A DNA stretch of 64,000 nt from an uncultured Geminicoccaceae bacterium (lineage in GTDB: Bacteria; Pseudomonadota; Alphaproteobacteria; Geminicoccales; Geminicoccaceae): assembly GCA_964504655.1 (NCBI GenBank), contig CAZDFD010000003.1, positions 11,979-75,978 of the forward strand. Reading direction: 5' to 3'. The position numbers and the translations under genes are program-made. The notes beneath the pieces are model-generated. The model ran no database searches, was not told the DNA's origin, and saw only the letters and a program-made list of their open reading frames with translations. This document shows, piece by piece, positions 17,940 through 26,881 of the stretch (its first letter is position 1; every line of letters starts with the position of its first letter).

Positions 17940-18374
17940 TCAGGCGCCGAGCCGTTTCGCCACCGCCTCGATGCCGGCCTCGTAGACGCCCCTGATCAGG
18001 TTCACCATCGCCTCGCGGTCGGCCGGCGCCGCCTCGAAGCGCGACCACCACTCGACGAACGCCTTCTCGCCCATGGTCACCGGCGTCACCCGGATGGTCG
18101 CGACGTACTCGCTGATCGGCAAGGGCGAGCTCAGGATCGTGTAGACGCAGGTCCGCTTGAATTCGGACAAGCCGATCAGTCGCTCGCGGATCTCGGCGCC
18201 GTCCTGCAGCGTCAAGAGCCGCTCGGCGCCCACGAGCCCGGCCGGCACCCCGTTGGTGATCACGCTGGCCTTGAAGGCCGGGTGCCAAGCGGCGAGCCCG
18301 TCGAACGGGGCCATCACCTCCCACACCCGCCGGGCCGGGGCCGCCAGCACCGCGCTCACATAGACGTTCGGCAT
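17940..18374 (-). CDS. SRPBCC (Bet v1/polyketide-cyclase-like) family protein
   Basis: GGGAGGAG RBS. The 144-aa protein has an N-terminal VWEVMAPFDGLAAWHP pattern typical of SRPBCC ligand-binding proteins. Confidence 0.7.
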   Translation of the reverse strand: MPNVYVSAVLAAPARRVWEVMAPFDGLAAWHPAFKASVITNGVPAGLVGAERLLTLQDGAEIRERLIGLSEFKRTCVYTILSSPLPISEYVATIRVTPVTMGEKAFVEWWSRFEAAPADREAMVNLIRGVYEAGIEAVAKRLGA

Positions 18375-18444
18375 CCGCTCCTCCCTGTCCGAGAGCCCGC
18401 CGGCGCTCCGGCCTCCGCCGGGTCGTCCGGCCGGCGGTCCCGCC

Positions 18445-19197
18445 TCACTGCACCACCATGCCGCCGTCGACCAGCAGGATCGTGCCGCAGCAGAAGCTCG
18501 CCTCGTCGGAGGCCAGGAACAGGATGGCGTTGGCGATCTCCTCGGGCGTGCCGGCCCGACCGATCACCTGGCGCGCCTCGAGCGTCCGCCGCATGCCCTC
18601 CGGGTCGGGTGCGCCGGCCACGATCCGCTCGTAGTAGTCGCTCGCGACCGTGCCCGGGGCCACCGCGTTCACGCGGATGCCGTCCCTGGCGTGGTCGATC
18701 GCCATGGCCCGGGTGAGACCGGCGACGGCACCCTTCGAGGCGACGTAGGCGGCCCGATCGGGAATGCCGATGAACGAGGTCGTCGAGGCGACGTTGACGA
18801 TCGTCCCGCCGCCCTGGCGGCGCATCACCGGCACGACCGCCCGCGAGCAGAGGAACACGCCCTTGACGTTGGTGGCCATCAGGGCGTCCCACTCGGCCTC
18901 GCTCGTCTGCTCGATGCTGCCGCGATGGCCGTAGCCGGCATTGTTGACGAGCACGTCGATCCGCCCGAAGCGGGCCAGCGTGGCGGCGACCAGCGCCTCG
19001 ACCTCCGCCGCCCGGGCGACGTCGCAGGCCTGCATCAACACCGCCTCCGCGGGGCCGGTCGCGACGCCGGCCAGTGCGGCCGCGTCGCGGTCGGAGAGCG
19101 CGACGCGGGCGCCCTCGGCCAGGAAGCGCAGCGCGGTCGCCCGGCCGATCCCCCTGGCGGCGCCGGTGACGATGGCGACCTTGCCGGCCAGACGCAT
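18445..19197 (-). CDS. short-chain dehydrogenase/reductase (SDR)
   Basis: Trimmed to MRLAGKVAIVTGAARGIGRA (TGxxxGIG), with NNAG and YVASKGAV (YxxxK). GGAGG RBS. Confidence 0.85.
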   Translation of the reverse strand: MRLAGKVAIVTGAARGIGRATALRFLAEGARVALSDRDAAALAGVATGPAEAVLMQACDVARAAEVEALVAATLARFGRIDVLVNNAGYGHRGSIEQTSEAEWDALMATNVKGVFLCSRAVVPVMRRQGGGTIVNVASTTSFIGIPDRAAYVASKGAVAGLTRAMAIDHARDGIRVNAVAPGTVASDYYERIVAGAPDPEGMRRTLEARQVIGRAGTPEEIANAILFLASDEASFCCGTILLVDGGMVVQ

Positions 19198-19329
19198 GCC
19201 CCCTCCGCACTGCCGGATCGAGGCTGTCACGGCGGCGAGCCGGTCGGCAAGCGGTCGGTGCGCGCAGGCGCCTTGCGCCGCGGCCCACGCTGCCTAGGCT
19301 GCGGGCGTCGGCGGAGGGGAGTCGCGGCC

Positions 19330-19968
19330 ATGACCTTCACCATCTACGGTCCCGGCTACAGCACCTACACGCGGTCCGCGCGCATGGTGCTCGAAGAGAA
19401 GGGGGCCGCCTACACGCTCGTCGAGGTCGATCTGTTCAAGGGCGAGCACAGGCAGGAGGCGCATCTCGCGCGCAACCCATTCGGGCCGGTGCCGGCGTTC
19501 GACCACGACGGCTTCACCCTCTACGAGACGCGGGCGATCGCCCGCTATCTCGACCGCGTCGTCCCGGGGGTCCCGCTGACGCCCACCGACCCGCGCGCCG
19601 AGGCGCGGATGCTGCAGATCCAGGGCATCATCGACTCTTATGCCTATGGCGCGATGATCACGACGATCTTCATCCCCCGCGCGATCGTCGGGCCGCAGGG
19701 CGGCCCCGTCGACGAGGCGGCGATCGCCGCGGCTCTGCCCAGGGCCGAACTCGCCCTGGCCGAGATCGAGCGGCTGATGGGCGCCGGGCCCTGGCTCGTC
19801 GGCGGCGAGGTCACGCTCGCCGACCTCTGGCTCGCCCCGGTGCTGGCCTACTTCCAGATGGTGCCGGAGGGCCAGAAGGCGATGGCCGGCCGCACCGCCC
19901 TGCAGGGCTGGTGGACCCGGATCCGGGCCCGTCCCTCCTTCGTCCGCACCGAGCCCAGGCTCGGCTGA
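19330..19968 (+). CDS. glutathione S-transferase
   Basis: MTFTIYGPGYSTYTRSARMVLEEKG, NPFGPVPAFDHDGFTLYETRAIARYL (thioredoxin-fold G-site), and an alpha-helical C-terminal domain. Confidence 0.85.
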   Translation: MTFTIYGPGYSTYTRSARMVLEEKGAAYTLVEVDLFKGEHRQEAHLARNPFGPVPAFDHDGFTLYETRAIARYLDRVVPGVPLTPTDPRAEARMLQIQGIIDSYAYGAMITTIFIPRAIVGPQGGPVDEAAIAAALPRAELALAEIERLMGAGPWLVGGEVTLADLWLAPVLAYFQMVPEGQKAMAGRTALQGWWTRIRARPSFVRTEPRLG

Positions 19969-20064
19969 GCCGGCCGCCGCGCGCCGCCCTTCCGGAGCAT
20001 CCGGTTCGGCTCTAGCGTGCCGGCGCGCCGGGCCCGGCCCGGCGTCGCCGCGCGGAGCCGCCCC

Positions 20065-21726
20065 ATGCCCGTCGATCCGATCACCGTCTCGGTCGTCCAG
20101 CACCGCCTGCACGGGATCGTCGAGGAGATGGGCGAGGCGATGCTCCGGACCTCCTACTCGCAGATCCTCAACTCCTCGCGCGACTTCTCGACCGCGCTCG
20201 CCGACCCCCGGGGCCGCCTCGTGGCGCAGGCCGAGCACGTGCCGATCCACGTGGGCGCCCTCCCCTTCGCCGTCCGCTCGGTTCAGGCCGCCTTCGAGGG
20301 CCGCATCCACCCGGGCGACGTGTTCCTGCTCAACGACCCCTATCGCGGCGGCAACCACCTGCCCGACCTCACCGCCTTCGTGCCGGTGTTCGGCCAGGGC
20401 CGCCACCTGTTCTGGGCGATCAACCGGGCCCACCAGTCGGACATCGGCGGCGCCACCCACGGCGCCTACAACCCCGGGGCGACCGAGATCTGGCAGGAGG
20501 GCATCCGGGTCCCGCCGCTCAGGCTCTACGAGGCCGGCGCGCTGCGCGAGGACGTACTCGAGCTGCTGGCGTTGAACGTCCGCCATCCGCGCGACTTCAA
20601 GGGCGATCTGGCGGCCATGATCGGCTCGGCCCGGGTCGGCGAGCGGCGGCTCGCGGCCCTTCTGGCGGAACTCGGCGCGGACGCCGCCCTCGAGGCGGTG
20701 GAGGCGGTGCTCGACGGCGCCGAGCGGCGGGTGCGCGCCATCCTGGCGGCCTGGCCGGACGGCGCCTATCGCGGCGAGGCGGTGCTCGACGACGACGGCC
20801 ACGGCCGCAGGGACGTCACCATCCGCGCCACCGTCACCAAGCGCGGCAGCGACCTCGAGGTCGATCTGACCGGGAGCGACGAGGAGGTCACCGGCTTCGT
20901 CAACTCCTCCTACCCGAACAGCTACTCGGCCTGCGTGGTGGCCCTCGCCTACCTGATCGACCCGGACATCCCGAAGAACGACGGTGCCTTCCGCCCGCTC
21001 ACCATGAAGGCGCGCGAGGGCACCGTGGTCCACCCGCGCGAGGGCCGCCCGGTGACCCTCTGCACCAACCATTGCGGGCAGGAGATCATCGAGGCGATCG
21101 TCAAGGCTCTTGCGCCGGCCTGCCCGCAGCGGGCCATGGCCGGCTGGGGCCGCCGCTTCCGGGTGGCGATCCGTGGCACCGACCCGCGCAACGGCCGGCC
21201 GTTCCTGTGGCATCTGTTCCAGGCCCGGCCGGGCGGCGGCGCCTCCCCGGCCGGAGACGGCTGGCCGGCGGCCGGCGAGTGGCAGGCCGCGGGCGGCATC
21301 AAGTTCGGCTCGCTCGAGGTCCACGAGGTCCGCTTCCCGCTGTTCTTCCGCCGTCACGAGCTGCGCCCCGGCAGCGGCGGCGCCGGGCGCCACCGTGGCG
21401 GCCCCGGCGCCGTGCTCGAGATGGCGGTCGAGGTCGGCGCGCCGGCGGTCGCCAACACCGCCGGCGACGGCGTGCGGCACGGCGCCTGCGGCGTGCTCGG
21501 CGGCAGCGACGGGGCGCCGCACGACTACCGGCTCGTCTCGGCCGACGGCGCGGTGCGGATGCTCGCGACCAAGGAGGTCGGGATCGGGATCCGCCCGGGC
21601 GACGTGCTCGTGGCGCTCTCGGGCGGCGGCGGCGGCTGGGGCGATCCGGCGGCGCGCGACCCGGCGGCGACGGCCCGCGACCGCGCCGAAGGGCTGCTCG
21701 CCCCGGCGGCGGAGGCCGCCCGATGA
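20065..21726 (+). CDS. hyuB: hydantoinase B/oxoprolinase family protein
   Basis: Trimmed to MPVDPITVSVVQHRL (GGAG RBS). Carries LNSSRDFSTAL, NDPYRGGNHLPD and GGGGWGDP. Confidence 0.88.
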   Translation: MPVDPITVSVVQHRLHGIVEEMGEAMLRTSYSQILNSSRDFSTALADPRGRLVAQAEHVPIHVGALPFAVRSVQAAFEGRIHPGDVFLLNDPYRGGNHLPDLTAFVPVFGQGRHLFWAINRAHQSDIGGATHGAYNPGATEIWQEGIRVPPLRLYEAGALREDVLELLALNVRHPRDFKGDLAAMIGSARVGERRLAALLAELGADAALEAVEAVLDGAERRVRAILAAWPDGAYRGEAVLDDDGHGRRDVTIRATVTKRGSDLEVDLTGSDEEVTGFVNSSYPNSYSACVVALAYLIDPDIPKNDGAFRPLTMKAREGTVVHPREGRPVTLCTNHCGQEIIEAIVKALAPACPQRAMAGWGRRFRVAIRGTDPRNGRPFLWHLFQARPGGGASPAGDGWPAAGEWQAAGGIKFGSLEVHEVRFPLFFRRHELRPGSGGAGRHRGGPGAVLEMAVEVGAPAVANTAGDGVRHGACGVLGGSDGAPHDYRLVSADGAVRMLATKEVGIGIRPGDVLVALSGGGGGWGDPAARDPAATARDRAEGLLAPAAEAAR

Positions 21727-23771
21727 TCCGCATCGGCGTCGACGTCGGTGGCACCTTCACCGATCTCGTCGCGGTCGACGACGCCGGCCGGCTGGTCCAC
21801 GCCAAGGCGCCCTCGACCCCGGCCGACCCGTCAGAGGGCGTGCTCGACGGCCTTACCCGGCTGGCCGAGGCCATGCGGCTCGACCGCGCCCTGCTGCTCG
21901 GGCGTACCGAGCGCATCGTGCACGGCACCACCGTCGCCACCAACGCGCTGCTCGAGCGCAAGGGCGCCAAGGTGGCACTCCTCACCACCGAGGGCCACCG
22001 CGACATCGTCGAGATGCGCGAGGGGCTCAAGGACGACCGCTACGACCTCCGCCAGCCGCCGCCCGAGCCCCTGGTGCCGCGCCGCCTGCGTCTGCCCGTG
22101 CGCGAGCGCATCCGCTGCGACGGGCGGATCGAGATCCCCCTGGATCCGGCCTCGCTCGCGGCTGCGATCGCCAGGCTCCGCGCCGAGCGGGTCGAATCGG
22201 TCGCGGTCGGCTATCTGCACAGCTGGCGCGACCCGACCCACGAGCAGGCCACCCGGAGGGCGCTCGCCGAGGCCCTGCCGGGACTGCCGGTCTCGCTCTC
22301 GAGCGAGGTGCTGCCGCAGATCAAGGAGTTCGACCGGCTCGCCACGACCGTCGTCAACGCCTATGTGGCGCCGGCGCTCGGCCGCTACCTGGCGCGGCTC
22401 GAGGAGCGCCTGCGGGCGGCCGGCTATGGCGGTCCGGTGCTCGTCATGCTGAGCCACGGCGGCGTCGTGACGGTGGCCGAGGCGGCGAGGCTCGCCGCCG
22501 GCGCCGTGCTCTCGGGGCCGGCCGGCGGGGTGGCCGCGGCCCGCCATGCGGCCCGCGCGCTCGAGGCTCCCGACCTCATCCCCTTCGACATGGGCGGCAC
22601 CTCGACCGACATCTCCCTCGTCGCCGGCGGCCGGGCGGCGATCGCCGCCGACCGCAAGCTCGCGGGCGAGCGGATCGCCCTCATGAGCCTCGACATCGCG
22701 AGCATCGGCGCCGGCGGCGGCTCGATCGCCCGGGTCGATGCCGGCGGCATCCTGCAGGTCGGTCCCGAGAGCGCGGGCGCCGACCCGGGGCCCGCCTGCT
22801 ACGGCCGCGGCGGCGTGCGGGCCACGGTCAGCGACGCCGATCTCGTGCTCGGCTATCTCGACCCCGAGCGCTTCGCCGGCGGCGGCATGCGGCTCGACCG
22901 GGCCGCCGCCGAGCGCGCGGTCGGCGTCGTGGCGCATGCCCTCGGCTGTGATCCGGTGACCGCCGCGGCCGGCATCCAGCGGGTGATCGACACCAAGATG
23001 GCCGAGGGCATCCGCCTGGTCTCGGTCCGCCGCGGCGTCGACCCGCGCCGCTTCGCGGTGCTGTCCTTCGGCGGTGCCGCCGGGCTGCACGTGAGCGCAG
23101 TCGCCCGTCAGCTGCAGATCGGCCGGGTGATCGTGCCCCGCCTGGCCTCGGTGCTGTCGGCGTTCGGCATGCTCGCCTCCGACCTGCGGATCGAGCTGGC
23201 GCGTACCCACATCGCCGAGGCGAGCGCGCTCGAGGAGGCGGCGCTCCGCGACCTCTATGCCGGGCTCGAGGCCGAGGGCCGCGCGCGGCTCGCCGCCGCC
23301 GCCTTCACCGGTCCGGTGCGCGTCCACCGCAGCGCCGACATGCGCTACGGCGAGCAGATCTTCGAGGTCGCGGTCGACCTCGACCCGCTCGACTGGGAGG
23401 CGCCGGGCCTCGTCGCGCGGATCGAGTCCGCCTTCCACCGCCGCCACGAGGAGCTCTACACCTACAGCCTGCCGGACCGCGCGCCGGTGCTGGTCAACGC
23501 CCGGCTGGCGGTGATCGGCGAGCTCGACCATCCGCCGGCCGAGCCGGCCCGCCCGGCGGCGGCGCCGGCGGCGCCGCGCGGCCACCGCCGGATCCATCTG
23601 GGCGGCTGGACCGAGGCCGCGGTGCACGCCCTCGACGAGCTCGCGCCCGGCCAGGTCGTGGCCGGGCCGGCGCTGGTCGAATCGGCCACCACCACGGTCC
23701 TGCTCCGGCCGGGCGACCGCGCCCGCGTGACCGATCGGGGCTGGCTCGACGTGGCGTTGCCGACCGGCTGA
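21723..23771 (+). CDS. hyuA: hydantoinase A/oxoprolinase family protein
   Basis: ATGA overlap with the hyuB stop. Carries MIRIGVDVGGTFTDLV, HGTTVATNALLERKG, FDMGGTSTD and SIGAGGGSIA. Confidence 0.9.
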   Translation: MIRIGVDVGGTFTDLVAVDDAGRLVHAKAPSTPADPSEGVLDGLTRLAEAMRLDRALLLGRTERIVHGTTVATNALLERKGAKVALLTTEGHRDIVEMREGLKDDRYDLRQPPPEPLVPRRLRLPVRERIRCDGRIEIPLDPASLAAAIARLRAERVESVAVGYLHSWRDPTHEQATRRALAEALPGLPVSLSSEVLPQIKEFDRLATTVVNAYVAPALGRYLARLEERLRAAGYGGPVLVMLSHGGVVTVAEAARLAAGAVLSGPAGGVAAARHAARALEAPDLIPFDMGGTSTDISLVAGGRAAIAADRKLAGERIALMSLDIASIGAGGGSIARVDAGGILQVGPESAGADPGPACYGRGGVRATVSDADLVLGYLDPERFAGGGMRLDRAAAERAVGVVAHALGCDPVTAAAGIQRVIDTKMAEGIRLVSVRRGVDPRRFAVLSFGGAAGLHVSAVARQLQIGRVIVPRLASVLSAFGMLASDLRIELARTHIAEASALEEAALRDLYAGLEAEGRARLAAAAFTGPVRVHRSADMRYGEQIFEVAVDLDPLDWEAPGLVARIESAFHRRHEELYTYSLPDRAPVLVNARLAVIGELDHPPAEPARPAAAPAAPRGHRRIHLGGWTEAAVHALDELAPGQVVAGPALVESATTTVLLRPGDRARVTDRGWLDVALPTG

Positions 23772-23779
23772 GCCCGGGT

Positions 23780-25207
23780 TCAGCGGGTGAGCAGGAGCCC
23801 ACCCGTCCAGAGGGTCGCCAGGGCCAGCGCCAGCGCCGCCGTCGGCAGCGCCCGGCGGAGCAGAAGAGGGTCGGCCGCGGCGCTGCCGGCCAGGACCGCG
23901 GCCAGCCCGAGGCGCGGCGGCGAGAGCAGCGTGAAGGTGCTCGCGACCGCGTTCAGCACGCCGCCGAGCGGCTCGAGCGCGATCCCGGCCGCGGGCGCGA
24001 GCGCCGCCACGATGGGCATCAGGAGGCTGTTCGAGCCGGCGTTCGAGGCGGTCAGGAAGCCGGCCAGGGCCGCCATCCCCGGCACCGCCAGGATCGCCGC
24101 CGGGCCGGCCATGGCGAGGAGCCCCTGGGCGGCGGCGGCGGCCAGTCCGGCGGCGCCGTAGACCGTCGCCATCGCCACGAACAGCAGGGTCACGAGGCAG
24201 GGCGTCCAGGCACGCCGGCCGGCCGCCCGCAGGGCCGGACCCAGCGCGGCGGCGCCGCGCCGCGCCACGAGGAAGCCGAGCGCCACCACGAGCAGCCAGC
24301 TCGCCGGGCTGCGCAGGAGCGGCAGCGGCGGCAGGTCGGCGGCCGGGCGCAGCACCAGGAGCCGTTGCGCCGGCTCGGCCACGGCCGGCACCAGCCGCAC
24401 CGCCAGGAGCGCGGTCACGAGGCAGCCATAGTCGAGGGTCCCGCGCAGGGTGGCCGCGAGCCGGGCGGGTCCGGGGCGCACGTCCCGCAGCCAGCGCAGC
24501 GCCAGGAGGAGCCCGCTCGCCACGAGGCCCACGAGCTCGAGGTCGAGCCGCGGGCTGAGCCGGACCAGGAGCAGGCCGAGCGCCGCCAGCCAGAGCGCGT
24601 CCTCGAGCGTCGCCGCGGCCGGCCGGGCGAGCCCGACGCGACGCGCCAGAGCCTCGAAGGCCACGAGGTGGCCGGCCAAGAGGAGGGCCGTGACCTCGGC
24701 CGAGGCGAGGCCGAGGGCGCGCGGCTCGAGCCCGGCCAGATCGGCGCCGAGCCGGGTGCCGACCGCGAGCGCCCCCCACGGCACCAGCACCTGGCTGAAC
24801 AGGCCGAGGAGCGCCGCCGCGGGCGCGGCCAGCCCGCGCGCCCGAAGCGCCGCGAAGGCCACGAGCCAGCCGACCCCGAAGCCCGTCGCGCACTCGGCGA
24901 ACGGGCCCAGCAGGAAGGCCGCGGCGAACGGGCTGGGCGCGGTCTCGCCGCCGGCCGCCGGCTCGTCGCCGCCGCGGGCGCCGTGGAACAGGAGCCCCGC
25001 CGCCACCACCAGGATCACCTGGAGCGCCAGCCAGCCGCCGCGCAGGAGCTGCAGCGCCGCCTCGGGCGGCGCCAGTCGGCCGGTCGCGAGCGCCGGCCCG
25101 AGGGTCGCGGCGAGCCCGAGTCCGCCGGCGAGCACCGCCCCGCCCCGGGCGGCGAGCACGCCGACCACGACGAGGATCGGGAACGTGGCCGCGATCGCGC
25201 CCGTCAA
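23780..25207 (-). CDS. polytopic permease, L-lactate permease (LctP) family-like
   Basis: 475-aa hydrophobic protein. GFLTASNAGSNSLLMP resembles the LctP FLTGSDTSSN motif. TTG start 7 nt after the ppk2 stop; the start is uncertain. Confidence 0.6.
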   Translation of the reverse strand: MTGAIAATFPILVVVGVLAARGGAVLAGGLGLAATLGPALATGRLAPPEAALQLLRGGWLALQVILVVAAGLLFHGARGGDEPAAGGETAPSPFAAAFLLGPFAECATGFGVGWLVAFAALRARGLAAPAAALLGLFSQVLVPWGALAVGTRLGADLAGLEPRALGLASAEVTALLLAGHLVAFEALARRVGLARPAAATLEDALWLAALGLLLVRLSPRLDLELVGLVASGLLLALRWLRDVRPGPARLAATLRGTLDYGCLVTALLAVRLVPAVAEPAQRLLVLRPAADLPPLPLLRSPASWLLVVALGFLVARRGAAALGPALRAAGRRAWTPCLVTLLFVAMATVYGAAGLAAAAAQGLLAMAGPAAILAVPGMAALAGFLTASNAGSNSLLMPIVAALAPAAGIALEPLGGVLNAVASTFTLLSPPRLGLAAVLAGSAAADPLLLRRALPTAALALALATLWTGGLLLTR

Positions 25208-25214
25208 CAGAGCG

Positions 25215-26054
25215 TCAGAGCGTCGGAACCGTGTGCAGGGCCTTGAGCGCCGCCGGCACGTCCTTCGGTCGCTTGGGCGGCTTCGGCATGTCCGGGAGCT
25301 CGTGCTGCACCTTCTCGTACGGGACCAAGCTCAGGAAATGCTTGATCAGGCTCAGCCGACCGCGCCGCTGATCGTTGAAATCGACGAGATACCAGGGCGC
25401 ATACTCGCTGTCGGTCGTCTCCAGCATTCGCTGGTATGCCTGCGTGTAGTCCCAGTATCTCAACACGGATTCGATATCCATGGGGCTCAACTTCCAGTGC
25501 TTCACCGGATCGGTCAGGCGCGAACGGAATCGCTCGAGCTGGACGTCCTGGCTCACCTCCAGGAAATATTTGATGAGCATGATGCCGGATTGGACGATCT
25601 GACGCTCCAGGAACGGCGTCACCTTCAAAAAGCGCTCGGTCTCCTCGGGCGTGCAGAAGCCCATCACCGGCTCGACCCCGGCCCGGTTGTACCAGGAGCG
25701 GTCGAACAGGACGATCTCGCCGGCCGCCGGGAAGTGGGCCATGTAGCGCTGGATGTAGAGCTGCGTGCGCTCGCGGTCGGACGGCTTGGGCAGTGCCACG
25801 TGCTTGAAGACGCGCGGGCTCGTGCGCTGCATGATCCGCGCGATCACGCCACCCTTCCCGGCGGTGTCGCGGCCCTCCAGCACGACGATGATCCGACCGC
25901 CCGTGGCGACCGTCCAGTCCTGCAGCCGCACGAGCTCGAGCTGCAGCTCCTCGAGCGCCCGCTCGAACTCCTTGCGCTTCATCTTGACGGGCGGGGTGGC
26001 CGTGGCCGACGCATCCTCGGGCTTGCTGCCCTTGCCCTCGCTCTTCCTGCCCAT
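25215..26054 (-). CDS. ppk2: polyphosphate kinase 2
   Basis: Trimmed to MGRKSEG. Carries VVLEGRDTAGKGG (Walker A), FDRSWYNRAGVEPVMGF and KHWKLSPMD. G+C is locally lower and the codons are unusual for this window. Confidence 0.9.
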   Translation of the reverse strand: MGRKSEGKGSKPEDASATATPPVKMKRKEFERALEELQLELVRLQDWTVATGGRIIVVLEGRDTAGKGGVIARIMQRTSPRVFKHVALPKPSDRERTQLYIQRYMAHFPAAGEIVLFDRSWYNRAGVEPVMGFCTPEETERFLKVTPFLERQIVQSGIMLIKYFLEVSQDVQLERFRSRLTDPVKHWKLSPMDIESVLRYWDYTQAYQRMLETTDSEYAPWYLVDFNDQRRGRLSLIKHFLSLVPYEKVQHELPDMPKPPKRPKDVPAALKALHTVPTL

Positions 26055-26136
26055 GCCCCGATCCAGTCCTCTGCACGCGCTCGATGGCGCGAAGGTGACG
26101 CTATCGGCCGCGGCGGGGGGCGGCAAGGCGGTCGGG

Positions 26137-26868
26137 TCAGGGGTCGACCAGGCGGAACTCGACCGGTACGGCGAGGCTCGCCTCGACCGGCCGACCGGCG
26201 GCCGTGGCCGGCTGGAAGCGCCAGCGCCGGACCGCCTCGAGGGCCGCCTCGTCGAGGAGCGTCGAGCCGCTCGAGGCGGCGACCTCGACCGCGACCGGCA
26301 GGCCCGAGGCGGCCACCCGGACGGCGAGCGTCACGATCCCCTGGATGCCGCGCCGACGCGCCGCCGAGGGGTAGCGCGGCGCCGGGTTGTCGGACGAGCC
26401 CAGCGCCCAGCCGGCGGGCGCGCCGGCCGGCGCCGCCGGCAGCGCGGCGAGCACCTGGCCGACGCCGGGCATCGCCGCGGCGGGCCCGGCCGCCCCGGGA
26501 TCGTCCGGGGCGGCCGGCGCGGGGGCCGGCGGCTGCGGGACGGCCGCGACGGCGGCCGGCCGAACCCTCGGGGCGGACCGCGGCGGCCGCGGCGTCACCC
26601 GCGCCTCCACCGGCGGCCCGGGCGGCGGTGGCGTGGGCGGCGGCGGCGCGGCCGCCGGCTCGGCCGACGGGGCCTGCGGCACCGCGGCCGGAGCCGGCGC
26701 GGGGGCGATCGCCACGAGCTCGACCGCGACCACCGGCGCCGGGGCCGGCGGCTCCTGGCGCGGGGCCAGGAGGACCGCGGTCAGCACCGCCCCGTGCGCC
26801 AGCCCCGAGCCCAGGATCGCGAGCGCCACGCCTCCGACCGGGAGCCCTTCGGGTGGCCGGTGGCGCAC
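26137..26868 (-). CDS. tonB: TonB-family energy transducer
   Basis: GTG 13 nt after the btuB stop. N-terminal TM anchor, Pro-rich spacer (PPPPTPPPPGPP), and C-terminal YPSAARRRGIQGIVTLAV...LDEAALEAVRRWRFQPA. Confidence 0.8.
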   Translation of the reverse strand: MRHRPPEGLPVGGVALAILGSGLAHGAVLTAVLLAPRQEPPAPAPVVAVELVAIAPAPAPAAVPQAPSAEPAAAPPPPTPPPPGPPVEARVTPRPPRSAPRVRPAAVAAVPQPPAPAPAAPDDPGAAGPAAAMPGVGQVLAALPAAPAGAPAGWALGSSDNPAPRYPSAARRRGIQGIVTLAVRVAASGLPVAVEVAASSGSTLLDEAALEAVRRWRFQPATAAGRPVEASLAVPVEFRLVDP

Positions 26869-26881
26869 CGCCCGGTCCCGC

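Noticed and set aside
20065-23771. hyuB-hyuA pair next to a GST as a novel glutathione-cycle oxoprolinase system
   Set aside because: HyuA/HyuB pairs are common and their substrates are diverse (hydantoins, lactams, acetone-type carboxylases). Adjacency to a GST alone is not enough evidence to propose a function.
21831-24893. 1020-aa ORF on the minus strand spanning hyuA and the permease region
   Set aside because: The sequence is low-complexity Arg/Gly/Pro/Ala. It crosses two well-supported genes in other frames or on the other strand, and it lacks G/C third-position bias in its own frame.
26400-26760. Repetitive GC-rich DNA in tonB (and 61880-61990 in the DUF2339 gene) as a tandem repeat or CRISPR-like array
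   Set aside because: The repeats are imperfect and in-frame, and they simply encode Pro-rich spacers (PPPPTPPPPGPP; [15 protein letters not shown]). There is no repeat-spacer periodicity.
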